A program made the translations under genes and the position numbers. From the NCBI RefSeq assembly GCF_000150275.1, contig NW_002060947.1:72494-136493 (forward strand): DNA of 64,000 bases, in the 5' to 3' direction. This document shows positions 12,034 through 24,450 of the stretch, piece by piece (the stretch's first letter is position 1; every line of letters starts with the position of its first letter). The notes below the pieces were generated by a model. That model was not told where the DNA came from and did not search any database. It saw nothing but the letters and a program-made list of their open reading frames with translations. Origin of the DNA: Trichoplax adhaerens (lineage: Eukaryota > Animalia > Placozoa).

Positions 12034-15000
12034 TTATAAAATCTTTGAAAATATTTCGTTTAATCGCTTAACCATAGGGCGAGGATCTTCTCCTAGCCCT
12101 GCTGTAATCATGGCATTATCGAAAATCTATATACCGGAAAAGTGTCAGGCAGATAAATAGGATTAATATTATACTAGTAGATTTTTGTGCCAATTTTACA
12201 TGATATTACTATCACTGACAAATGATATGCATTCAAGTTAACTACGCAGCTTCATACCTGCTCTATAATTAACGTGGCCAGTTTTGGATTCTCAGGGTGT
12301 AACTTTGCAAGTTTATGCATTATTTCATGTCTATTAGAAGAAAACAAACAATCGATCATAAGTAAGATGATAACATGTGCGCCACATCCATTCATTTTAT
12401 TTTAATCGACCTTAACTACCGATCATATGATAAAATCACGTTTTATCATATAAAATTAAGTACACAAGATAGATGTAGTACAAATATATCATAGCTATAT
12501 CGCACTTTGGATTAATCTCTAATGTTGACTTCAAAAACTGAGATCTTGGTATATTAATTTCGGTGGTTTTCAAAAGTCTTCTAACAATTGCCATATCCGG
12601 CACAGAAACCATAGCAGGATGAGTTGTCAGGTTGTCAGTAGACTAATAAGACAATACAATAACATGTTAGAATATCATCTAGACTGATACAACACGATAC
12701 ACAAAGTAGGGATTAGTGCACGCAGTAGTGTCTGGTAGCTGCCACAATCTAAATTAATAAATTGATTGCCAATAAATGGCATTCCTTTACTACATACGTA
12801 TAATGACTAAAGCAACTAGTCAAGCATCTGTGCACTAAATTACTTATCACATTACCTTTACTTCGAAAACTTTTTCTTGGCCAAGAGCCGTTTTTATCCA
12901 ATCGATTAGCTTTGCCACATCTTCATTAGGCAATCTATCCGATTCTGTTTCTTCCGTAACTATGATCGTACATGAGAAAATAAAAGAACTACTTTGCATA
13001 AATACATCTTGATAGCTTAACGGAACTTAATACTAAGAATCATTATTGCCTGTATCTTTATCTTCTTCAGATTTCTCTTTATCAACAGCGTCGGTTTGTT
13101 CATCACCCCTAAAGTTTTCAGCTGATATGATGTTTTTCCCTTTGAATTGATGTAAACTTTCCAAAACGATGTCGTCATGCGTATGATAAGCAAATAAGAT
13201 CTATGCATTTCAGAAAGCGCGAAATCGTTGAGCATCTACGCAATAAAAAAGCTACTTGTGATTTCCTTTTTAAAAGCAAAGTCATACCTCTACATTTTTC
13301 TTTTTCAAGGCTTCATAATAAGGCGATGATTCAGCCGCTGCCCGACTTTTTGATTGAAAGAATAAAATCATTATCATATTACATAATATTTCTTATGTGC
13401 ACAGTATATTAGTTAGTTTAAAGTACATCGTAACGTGATTAAGCTAACATATTGCAGAGCAACTTCTTACTTTGGGACACATAGGTAATAGATATGCTTT
13501 CGCCCCGGAGGCATCCGGTCAATATAAGCGGTTAGATTGGTCAATTTTCCGGGCTCTTGAAGTGATGATTCGAAAGAAAACAGTTTTGCAATGTCTTCCT
13601 ATAATTGTAAAAGTAAATCTAGATTTACTACGTTTTACTTGGTATACACTGTCCAGTTGATATTTTATTTTTCTAATAAAATTAATGCAAATAAACGAAC
13701 TTTTTTTATACTCAGTATATGAGTATTAATGTGCAAGACGTAACAGAAATCTCACATAAGACTACTTTGTTGATATGCTAACAGACAAAATTAGAATTAC
13801 CTTGGTGGAGCTATCGTCAGCGCTGACTAGACCTTCTCGGAAGAAGAGTCCGTATTTTTGAAAAAAATTTTCAAATTTTACACGATCCTAGTGTTTAAAA
13901 AACGTACATTGAATTGGGCATTGCAGTTTTGCTAACAACAGGTGTATATCATATACTTATAATGATTTAGGTGGCTAGCATGCTTTTAAATCTCTATTAC
14001 CCTTTTCGCCTCTTCGGCAAAGAAACGCAGGATTCGGGAAGTCAAAACATTGCTAAGCTTTCTAATAATTTTATGACAACGAATTAGTATGTCTATAACA
14101 CAATGCATGGAAAAGCGTCGGTAGTACCTGATTAAAGCATTATCTTGTAACAATTCTCGACTTAAGTTTAAAGGAATATCTTCGCTGTCTACAACACCTA
14201 AGATATCATTGTAAATCATTGTTAGGAGATTAAGGATGCAGTTGCTATCGGTGATTGCATTTAATTCAATTCAAATACAGTACTAAGCGAAAAATCGAAC
14301 ATAGTCAGTTACCTCTTAGGAAACGTAACCATTCAGGTAAAATTTCTTTACACTTGGCCTGGATTAAAACCCGACGACTAAATAAGCTGACACCACTGTC
14401 AATGCGAGAAATTCCTTGCAAGTACATCCCTGGAATATCGTCCGGGACATAAAATAAGCTACGTATACTTAAAGGTGCATCCGTCGTATAGTGTAACTTG
14501 TAAAGTGGGGTATCAAATCCGCCAGCAATAAATCGGTAAAAGTCCTAATAAAGAATACATGTGAGTCAGTAGGTTGCCAGTCGAGTGTTTTTATGAACGT
14601 TTTGATACAGTATCTAAAATTAGGTATACTGTGTATAGTGTATATAGAAGGCGTTGATGCCTTCTCTTTATTTTGAATCAATTAACCTGATGTTCCTGAT
14701 CCGATATATCATTTGCTCTTTTGGTCCACAACGCCTATAGAGAATTGTTATAGCATGGTATAGTTAATTCTATGTGATAACTACAGGCTACAGAGTGTAC
14801 AGCTGCATGTAAACTATCGTACCTCAACTGTATTAGCACATTCACCATCGAGATATATCGGAGATCCAACGAAGTTGCTGTATTTTTTAATCAAATCTGC
14901 CACAAGAATAAATCGAGGTAAAGGAAAGAGTTGCAATTGCAAGTGAGAAAGAAAAGAAACTTTCATATTGGGTCTACATGGATAAAAATTTTACTGTAAC

Positions 15001-17562
15001 TGACCTTGAACGATATTATTTGAAGAGAAATCTGTAGCATCGTCCTTTAATCGAATTATAATTTTTGTGCCTCGCTGGACGCCTTCAGCTTCAGCAATTT
15101 TATATTTGCCAGTGCTGTACCCATAATACATACAAAACATTTTATTTCACCATAATTCATGCGACGCAAAATAAAAAAAATTTCCTAGTATAACTATTGG
15201 AAAGATTAAATTGGTCTTTATGTTGCATCTTACCCATCAGAAGTCCAATGGTAGCTGGGAGAATCTTGAAGTACAGAACGAGAGTACACCTCCACAGAAT
15301 CGGCTACCATAAAAGTGGAGTAAAATCCAACACCGAATTGGCCTATAATGCTTGTAGCGATGTTATTGCTATTATCACTTCCGTGTTGCTGCATAAATGC
15401 CTTAAAATGCAAAGGTTAGACAGATATGATGTTAATAGCGTCGCAAAAAACATTCTACGGACATTCTTAGACATGGTACATATGCGTTACCTTTGAGCCA
15501 GATCTTGCTATCGTGCCTAGATTTTGAATCATCTCTTCTTTTGTCATGCCTACCCCAGTATCCTGAATGGATGAAAATACCGAAACAATCTTTGAGGCAC
15601 GGCATTTTACACTGCAGGAAGCGTTAGACTACTTTGAAGTTTTTGCAATTAAATGTAAAACGATTTCGTCATGTATTGAAGAAAGCAAGAACCGATTAGG
15701 TTAGTATGTTAATATACTTGAATAGTGAATGTTTTTTTGACGCTATCCGTTGAGATTCTGATTTCTAAGGGCAACTCTTCGTCAATAATTTTCTCTCCTG
15801 TTACTTGAAGATGGCGTAATTTCTCTAGTGCGTCCGAAGCATTGGAGATTACCTCGCGTATAAAAACCTGAAGCAGCATAGGATATGCGTATACACATAC
15901 AGTATTAGTACAGCCTTAGTAGATTGGCAGAACTTTGAGATTGGATAAAATATAACGTTGTGATAGACTTTCGAATTTTCAGTGAAACATTTCGTATAAT
16001 TTTTTTACCTCTCTCTCAGAGTATAACGATCGAGCTACAATATCCAACAATTGGCGAGTTTCAGCTTGAAATTCATGAGTATCGCCCTTTCCTATTCGTA
16101 ATGTCATTATAACTTATGAAACTAGAGCAAAGTAAGCCAGGGGTATCTATCTTGCAACGTATGAAAATTTTTCCACTAATGTAAGCATGTACAAATAGAC
16201 ATACCTATTATTTTTTCGCTATCGACGGTCATATGTTCATTTACCGTTGAGCTCTCTTCTACGATATTCTCTTGATCTGCATCGACTTGGGGCGTATTAG
16301 CATCTTGACTGGTTGTTGTTTGCTTTTGAATTGGCGACAAAGAAAATGCACATCAAGCGTTAGCACGATGACTTTTCTATGGCAATCATTTAAGGAGTTA
16401 ATGCAGTAGTAATTTAATCATTCCTGTAGTACTAGAGGTTTAGTAAAGATTGAACTATTTCTCATCCCTTATTTTGATGTCATATTAACAAGAACAAGAG
16501 CAGCACCTGTCATGGGGTGCATTATTGTCAAGATTATACTTCATTTAATTTACCGAATCGATGTTTTCGCTACCAGTAGATTCAGCTTTACCATTGGAGC
16601 ATAACCATCTGGAAGAGATTACCCTTGGTCCTACAAAGTGAGATAACATGTACTGTATTATCGATGACGGGTATGATGGTTCAGATAAACTTGTAGTCTA
16701 TCATTACAAGAGTTAGTAAAGCTATAGAGGTAATAAAGTATTAAGAACTGTGCCTATAATTGATTAAGACTATTTGATATTCATTTTGCGTGTATGGCAG
16801 AGTTTGTATTTTAGCGCTGCGCCAATATCATTGGTGTCATTCGTGGATAGCAATGAATTCATTCATCGCTCCTTCGATGCGTATATAGTATACCATATTA
16901 CACTAAGCTCTATGTTATATCATGGTCGGCAGAGATGAATGCTATTGACACTGTAGGAATAAAAGAGAATCAAGGTGATGGCTGGTTGTAATTGTAAACA
17001 AAATCACCTTGCCCGACGTCTTGTGCGATCTAAAGTTGATTGACACAGTATTGGAGCCTCTACAGCTCGATCCACTAACTATTCCATGGGACTACTGTGC
17101 TGGACTAGTTTATGGACATGGGCTGATATAGTGCATTACTGCAGGGACCTTGGCCTAGGGTATAGGCAACATCGTCCCTTTCTAATACGACCTATTTAGT
17201 AAAATGGTAGGACTGAAGGCAGTAGCGTGGAGAAAAATGCTGAGACGATTATATCGTACAGTAAAAGAGTGGATAGCCTACTGGTGATGTCGAAATGAGC
17301 TCGATGATGATGATGAATCGATGCAAAATTGCATTGAGCTGGCAGTTGAGTATTGCATCATCTTTCTTCGTCTGTCTATGGTGAATAGTCAGCTGTATGA
17401 TATAGAATGCTGCCTACCTGTTATGCCCGTATGGATAGGATTATAGTTGAAGTGAAATTGCCTAGTCAGGCCATTACCACCTGCATACTGTCTTGCAACG
17501 AGAGGAAGCGTTAATCGGTTGGCAATCCTCCATAGCCTAAGCTGAGCTCTTAAGCAAGCCAT
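12034..17562 (-). CDS. TRAP1: TNF receptor-associated protein 1 (mitochondrial HSP90/HSP75), many exons
   Basis: Presequence-like [28 protein letters not shown], then [106 protein letters not shown] and C-terminal [28 protein letters not shown]. Confidence 0.95.
12960..13049 (-). other. GC-AG intron in TRAP1
   Basis: The only phase-1 donor before the in-frame TAG is CAG|GCAATA, and the downstream exon needs phase 1. Confidence 0.7.
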
Positions 17563-17742
17563 GCTCGACGAATGGTTGACGATGAATGTGCCGTGTTGGC
17601 CATACAGCGTACAATATACCGTAAGCTAGGGTAGTTTATCTTGTAAGCTAGCGTACTGCCACTCTGACGCGTCGTGCAGTCCATCTTGTATACGACATCT
17701 ACAAGATTGTATCTGAGGTTTTTTTCTTTTTTTCTTTTACCT

Positions 17743-18452
17743 TCAACTAGGTAAACGTGTATATCAGATCTCTTTCTATCCACTCCTATAAAATTGGAAC
17801 GATTTTGTAGTCCAAATGATGCATTAAATGATGCTTAACTTGATCTCCATCGAAATTCATTGCACTCCATTGTGGACTCTACAATGTACAGTGTACAGTA
17901 CACAGTTTCGTTACAATGCTGTACAGTACAGTGAGTACTGTACAGTAGAAGAATGTGCAGTTGTACTGTACTGTACACTACAGTATACTGTACTGTACTG
18001 TATAACCCCCATTACTCAGAAACTCAGCGTCAATCGCTTCAACGATGATACATAATTCTAGGAGTTTGTACCTCCAATTTCATGCCATTATTAGTAACTA
18101 GGCAAACGTGTATATCAGATCTCTTTCTATCCACTCCTATAAAATTGGAACAATTTTGTAGTCCAAATGATGTATTAAATGATGCATAACTTGATCTCCA
18201 TCGAAATTCATTGCACTCCATTGTGCATTCTACAATGTACAGTGTACAGTACACAGTATCGTTACAATGCTGTACAGTACCGTACAGTACTGTACAGTAC
18301 AGTACGTACAGTAGAAGAATGTGCAGTTGTACTGTACAGTGTACACTATACACTATACAGTATAACCCCCATTACTCAGATACTCAGCGTCAATCGCTTC
18401 AACGATGATACATTATTCTAGTAGTTTGTGCCTCCAATTTCATGCCATTATT
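17743..18452. repeat. Direct tandem duplication, 2 x ~355 bp, high identity
   Basis: aactagg(t/c)aaacgtgtatatcagatctctttctatccactcctataaaattgg...ctccaatttcatgccattatt occurs at ~17745-18092 and ~18096-18452. Length differences are concentrated in the TACAG tract. Confidence 0.92.
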
Positions 18453-18615
18453 CAAAGAGTACTGATGAAATCGTCTACCATACTGTCTGTACAGGATTTG
18501 AACCCTTTCCCCCCAAAAGAATGTCGCCCCTGTACGGTTCGGGTGTACAGACTCTTACAATAATGTATCACCGTTGAGGCTATTGACGCTGAGTATCTGA
18601 GTCATGGGGGTTATT
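18361..18615. repeat. Foldback/MITE-like element with ~55 bp inverted arms and an internal hairpin
   Basis: taacccccattactcagatactcagcgtcaatcgcttcaacgatgatacattatt (18363-18417) is the near reverse complement of aataatgtatcaccgttgaggctattgacgctgagtatctgagtcatgggggtta (18559-18613). Inner stem is gtctgtaca/tgtacagac (18485-18552). Confidence 0.75.
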
Positions 18616-19122
18616 ATGGCTTGGCTCATTTGTGTACTGTACAGTACACAAATGAGAAATGGACAGGGTAGAGAAAAGTTGGTCCGATCGGCAGTGTACA
18701 AATTGTGCATATAGTACTGTACACTGTACACTGTAGACTGTATTCCACACGGTAGAGTGACATTATTTTTGCAAAGTTGCTAACACAAAACTGCCATGGT
18801 AGACAGATGATACTGAATTAGTACAACTTTAAGTAGACTACTGTACTTGAACGACTCAAGTCTAGCCACTGGAAAACAAATATTATCCACCAGTGATTGC
18901 TGAGTGTACTGTATAACCACACTATTTCAGTCCATAACTTGCTGACTGAATTGGCCTACCCTATAGTACAGTGACATGATTTTTGCTCTTGCTGTCACAG
19001 TCAATCAAGGATAGTGGTGGTCCTGGGTATCAATCATCCAACCAATGCCATACTAATGGTAGTAATTCCAACGGCGTCGGTGACCATAGTGGTGGATCCG
19101 CCTTTCACGGCCGACTTGCGCC

Positions 19123-19131
19123 TACGTGACA
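19123..19131 (+). promoter_or_regulatory. Candidate hypoxia response element (TACGTGACA) upstream of PGK1
   Basis: RCGTG core ~225 bp upstream of the PGK1 ATG, within a locally GC-richer promoter with CCAAT motifs. Confidence 0.45.
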
Positions 19132-19349
19132 AGTTGGAAACTGCTGTTGCTGCCCTCGCTTGACATCATCACCCAATCCAGTCGTAGGGTATATCATTTA
19201 CACCAGCAGTTCGTCCATGGCTCTAGTGTGATAGTCGAGGCACAGTCATTGAGTTCCATACTGGCACCGGTTGGCAGCATTTTTGCAAAGCTCAGCTGCC
19301 ACACTGCCATTCGTTTTGCCAGGGAATCCACGCTAAACTCTTTAAGCCA

Positions 19350-22300
19350 ATGGAGAAGTTAACTGTCAGTGACTTAAATGTCCAAGATAAGCGTATCCTT
19401 ATTAGGTAATCTTGATCTCATGAAATAAGATGATGTCATGATAACTACAGTAGGTACGAGACAGCAAACTGATGATCGAGAAAAGTGTCTTGAGCTGCAG
19501 CAAGGCGTTTCAATGCTGCAACCAGTCGATGGACGAGGCTGGTTGCTGTTTTGCTGTCTTGGTCCACTAGTGCAATAGGAATCATTGATCCAGTTTAATT
19601 CATCGATTGGCTGGCAGTTTGCCATTTGAATCCCTTGTCTCCTGTCTTTTTTCCTTGCTTGAAGCTGAATTGAGTTGAGTTTGAGCAAGCAACGTCGCTA
19701 CTATACAGTACGGTGAAAAAGCGACAACATGTTACTGTTGAAAGTAGGAGATGGCGTATCCAGTTGCAATTCTCCATGCTTACTAGTAGTACTTGTCTCA
19801 ATATTGATTTCAGGATAGGTTTGCGAGTCTTGAATATTATAAAAATATTATTTCAACCTTTTTGCTCTCATCATTCCTCCTACCTTAAGTCTAGCTGAAT
19901 TGAGTTAAGTTTCTAGCAAGCGACGTCGCTTCTATGCAGTACTGTACAGTGAAAAAGCGACGTCATGTTACTGTCGAAAGTAGAAGATGCGTATAAAGTT
20001 GCAATTCTCCATGGTTACTAGTAGTACTTGTCTCAATGTTGATTTCAGGATAGGCTTACAAGTCTTGAATATTATGAATCCTATTTGAACCTCTTGGCTC
20101 TTATCATTCCTCCTACCTTAAGTCAAGCTGAACTCAATCAAGTTGATAGCATAGAACGTAACGATAGCCCCCCAAAAAGTCCATTATTTTACTGTAGAAT
20201 GACTTGCCTCAATGGGTATTTCTCCGAAAGCCTTGCGAATCTTGATAGTATCTACCCAGAGGTAAATGGCTTGATACGCATATACAAGCTACTCAAGCCT
20301 AGACGGTACAACCTCGAGATAGCCGATAAAATACATTCGACAAACTTGTTGAAACTCTAGTAGTGTTGTTATCAAGTTGCAGTAGGAAATACAACTAGAT
20401 GCCATGGCAATGACCTGAAATGAAAGCTAAAATGCTACAGTAAAACTCATCCACTGTACAATCCTCATATGAGTAAAAGACTTTACATCAATACGTTTCA
20501 AGACACCTGATGAAAATGTTGTAGTAGCGACAACAACATCAGTTTACAGTAATGTCCCCATCAATGGAAATGCTATAATAGCAATAGTACAAATAGGTTA
20601 TGTCATCTTCCATGGGGTATTCAACTTATTTTTGATGACAAATTTCTGTTAGGGTGGATTTCAATGTTCCTTTGGATAAAGAACTGAACATTACCAACAA
20701 TCAAAGGTAAGCTTTGCTCGATCATTTTCAATCGGTTAAGATAAATTGCCTATCTTTGGCTGATAACTGATTCCATAGTAAAAAATTGACGATCATCATA
20801 ACCGACATCAAAGCTTAGTTAAAGTCATGTAGTCATTTTTAAACAACTTAAAATCATGATGAAAAGCTCTTCCTTGTCATGGATAATTTCGATCATCAAT
20901 CATCATAACCGACATAAAAGCTGAGTTAAAGTCACGTAGTCATTTTTAAACAACTCAGAATTATGATGAAAAGCTCTTCCTTGTCATGGATAATTTCAAT
21001 TAAGGCTCGTTTACAATATTACGACGGTAAATTGATGCTGCTCAGCTAATAGCCATAAATTTAGAAATTCCTTATTTCAGCCATGGCCAGCAATGGAAAG
21101 GATTTTATTGAGATAGTTCTTGCATCAAGTTGCAATAGTCCAACAGTTATGATGTGCACGGTGATACCACTCGTAGTTTGAATCAAGGATAATGTAAATG
21201 TAACTACTGTAAAAGTCATTCTGTTACCGAGCTTAAAGAACTTCTAGCCTTACGATTGTTATATTTTATCTCACAATTGCACGATCAAAGCATCTCTGAC
21301 CTCTTAAAGTGCCATTCCAAATTGACAATGCACCTCCTGAAGAATTGACTCAAAATTAATTACGGAGTTTTACTTTATCATAGGATTGTTGCTGCCTTAT
21401 CAACCATCAAGCATGTCTTAGATAATGGAGCCAAATCGGTAGTTTTAATGAGTCACTTAGGTCGCCCAAATGGTAATCGTAATCCAAAAATGTCCCTTGC
21501 TCCAGTAGCAGGTGAACTAGAGCGCCTTCTTGAGAGGTATGTCGAAATTGAAACAAGTGCAGTATAATTTTGATAGCAACTTACTCAATACCCATCCTTT
21601 GTTTTCATACTATAAAATTGCTTCTTACTTCTCCTACGGGAGGACATAATAGACTATTTAAGGTTACTCAATTAACAATGCCACTTTGGTCTACTTGCAT
21701 TATAGGAGTGTCATTTTCTTAGATGACTGTGTGGGTCAGTCTGTTGAAGAGGCGTGCAGCAACCCTCGTCAAGGTTAAATTGAAATAATCTTATTAGTAA
21801 TAGACATACGTAACACTTATCACATCTATGTAAGATAAGTTCTTACGATAGCATATCAATGTTGTAGGTAGTATCATTCTACTAGAAAATCTACGCTTTC
21901 ACGTCGAAGAAGAAGGTAAAGGTGTCGATAGCAATGGCAAGAAGGTAAATTGTACTATTTGACCGTGTGGCGGTATCTGGAGAAAATTTTCATACATCAG
22001 TTTTAAGAGGACAATATATACGCTCGTTTGAAAATCTAGATTACAGCCAGCAAAGATCAGGTTGCTGTCTTCAGAGAATCATTATCTAAATTAGGCGATA
22101 TCTATATTAACGACGCCTTTGGTACTGCTCATCGAGCTCATAGGTACTTCAATAATATTCATTATTCTGTAAAATTTGAATCCATGAAATCTTTCACTGT
22201 CAATGCCGTAATATAAGTTCGTAAAATACTACATTCGACTACGTGACTTTAATAAGGGAGTAGATACAAATTCAGCTATATTTGCCGTTGATAATTATGA

Positions 22301-23767
22301 TAACATTTGTTTCATGATTCCATCATTTGCAACAATATCATAACTGAGAAATTTGCTTACGTATAATTCGCTATTTATGCTGTAGCTCCATGGTCGGTGT
22401 TGCATTAGAACAAAGAGCTGCTGGCTTCTTAATGGCCAAAGAATTAAACTACTTTGCTAAAGCGTTGGAATCGCCTAAGCAACCATTTCTAGCTATACTT
22501 GGCGGGTATGCAAAATAGTATCATTTCGTTACTGTCTATGTAATCAATGGATAATTCATCGAAACTGGAAAACATATTTACGATTATTATACAAATTCTA
22601 CTTGAAAAATTTATTTAGAGCCAAGGTGAAAGATAAGATTCAATTAATCGAAAATTTAATGGATAAAGTGAATGAGATGATTATTGGGGGCGGAATGTCC
22701 TTCACTTTCTCCAAAGTATTAGATAACATGCAGGTACACTACAATGAATAGATTAAGCATGGCTGTATTGGATGCTAGCAGGTGTATATGCTAACCTTAC
22801 TAACATTGATGTTGTCTTAATGTACAACAGATCGGAAATTCACTATTTGATGCAGAAGGATCAGAAATAGTTGAAAAATTAGTGGAAAAAGCCAAAAGCA
22901 AAGGAGTTAAATTACATTTTCCTGTGGATTTCGTCACGGCAGATGCTTTCTCCCCAGATGCAGCAGTACATTTACCCAGATATTAGATAGATATAGATTA
23001 ATTGATTAATTAGTTCCTTTTTACAGCTTTCGCTACGTGTATTTACTATTGATAATCTCATTATTCTCATTTATTGCTTGTCTCAGACCAGCTCAGCAAC
23101 GGTAGAGTCCGGTATACCGGATGGATGGCAGGTAAATTATTTTTCTTCCATCAATTTGACCAATGCAGTAGGAATCTAATCATCTTTATTATTACTTTTG
23201 TGCTTTGAAGGGTTTAGATTGTGGTCCCCAGAGCATTGCTAAATTTCGAGAAGCCATTAGTCGTGCAAAGACTATAGTTTGGAATGGGTTTGTAAAAGCT
23301 TGAGCAATTGAGATCATTTTATGTGTAGTATAATCTACATAGATCTTTCTAAAAGATAGTAGTTGATTAATACTTTTTCGTAATCCGCGAGTAGTTATGA
23401 TAATTAAGTTTTTTGTTACATCATTTTTAGACCTCCTGGTGTATTCGAGTTCGAAAAATTTTCTTGCGGAACGAAAGGGGTCATGGAGGCCGTCGTTGAA
23501 GCTACTAAGAATGGTGCAATAACTATCATCGGTGGTGGAGATACAGCTACATGCGCTGCTAAATTCCGTACTGAAGACAAAGTTAGCCATGTTAGCACCG
23601 GTGGTGGTGCAAGTTTAGAACTGTTAGAAGGTATGATAGTTATTTTCCCCCAATGTATAAATACTTTACTGCCAGCTAAATTTCTTCTAACACATTGGTA
23701 TTATTCCAATTACTTGATGTTAGGAAAAAATCTACCGGGAGTTGCCGCTCTATCTAGCAAGTTATGA
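19350..23767 (+). CDS. PGK1: Phosphoglycerate kinase, many exons
   Basis: [19 protein letters not shown]|[97 protein letters not shown]|[13 protein letters not shown]. Confidence 0.97.
19663..20250. repeat. ~230 bp tandem repeat (two copies plus a degenerate third) in PGK1 intron 1
   Basis: agctgaattgagtt...tcatcattcctcctaccttaagtc at 19663-19892 and 19893-20126, with a decayed copy after. Confidence 0.85.
20789..20999. repeat. ~108 bp tandem duplication in PGK1 intron 2
   Basis: atcatcataaccgacat...gaaaagctcttccttgtcatggataatttc occurs twice. Confidence 0.88.
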
Positions 23768-24450
23768 AAATAATATTATTTCTATTATCGTCTCTAATTT
23801 TATCTATTGAACAATGTTGTAACCAAGCAATTGTTAAAATGTTAAAATTTCCTTCATAATTTAGTAGCATAATCTATTGCTTCATCGTATATACTGTAAT
23901 TGCTAACGCTACGGATCATTTCATGTATGAGATTGCAACAGCGAAACTTAGTACTTTTATCATGTATCGGTTTCATCGGGCTTCAAGCTTCATTTTACTG
24001 TGATTTGCCAAATAAAGTTAGTTGAATATAATAATAAATCTAGAAAGTTCTTAAAGAGAGTGGTGTCTCAATCTTTAACGATACCAATATGTCGATGGAC
24101 AACCTTGTCACCAATCAAGTCAAAGTGTTTGCTTACATTGCTTAGAAGTCTTTAAAATCAATATTAGGAAGTTATTCTTAAATACGAGTATTTTATTTAT
24201 TTATAATGAATGTCAATCCGATATAAAACTGCCTAAGATAATATGAAGAATATAAATTGGCTTACAATATGTACAAAAGCCAATTTGATATTGATGTAGG
24301 TTATCATTGATCGCTAAGCACAATTTTATGGATATAGATTGCACTGAAATAGATTATTAATCATCACTAGGCGACAAAGACATCTTTGCAACGATTATCA
24401 TCTCAGATACAATACGATTGTGTGCTGCAAAGTCATAGTGTACAAAAATA

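Noticed and set aside
18485-18552. Canonical tRNA or tRNA-Sec gene
   Set aside because: Only an acceptor-like stem and T-loop are present. There is no A-box, D arm or anticodon arm. Kept only as a tRNA-like finding.
19393-19401. U12 donor-like GTATCCTT in PGK1 (also 11389)
   Set aside because: It lies inside conserved coding sequence (KRILIR), and the in-phase donor is AG|gtaatc at 19406. The 11389 copy is in 3' non-coding DNA.
20856-20925. C/D snoRNA-like boxes (ATGATGA ... CTGA) in PGK1 intron 2, with segments reminiscent of the 28S peptidyl-transferase region
   Set aside because: The box pair only arises across the junction of a tandem duplication. The would-be guide has mismatches, the other rRNA-like segment is sense rather than antisense, and the terminal stem is weak.
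23192-23598. Antisense ORFs over PGK1, DNAL1 (30268-30597), GCNA (31809-32144) and the orphan exon (56376-56765)
   Set aside because: Shadow frames of real coding exons on the opposite strand.
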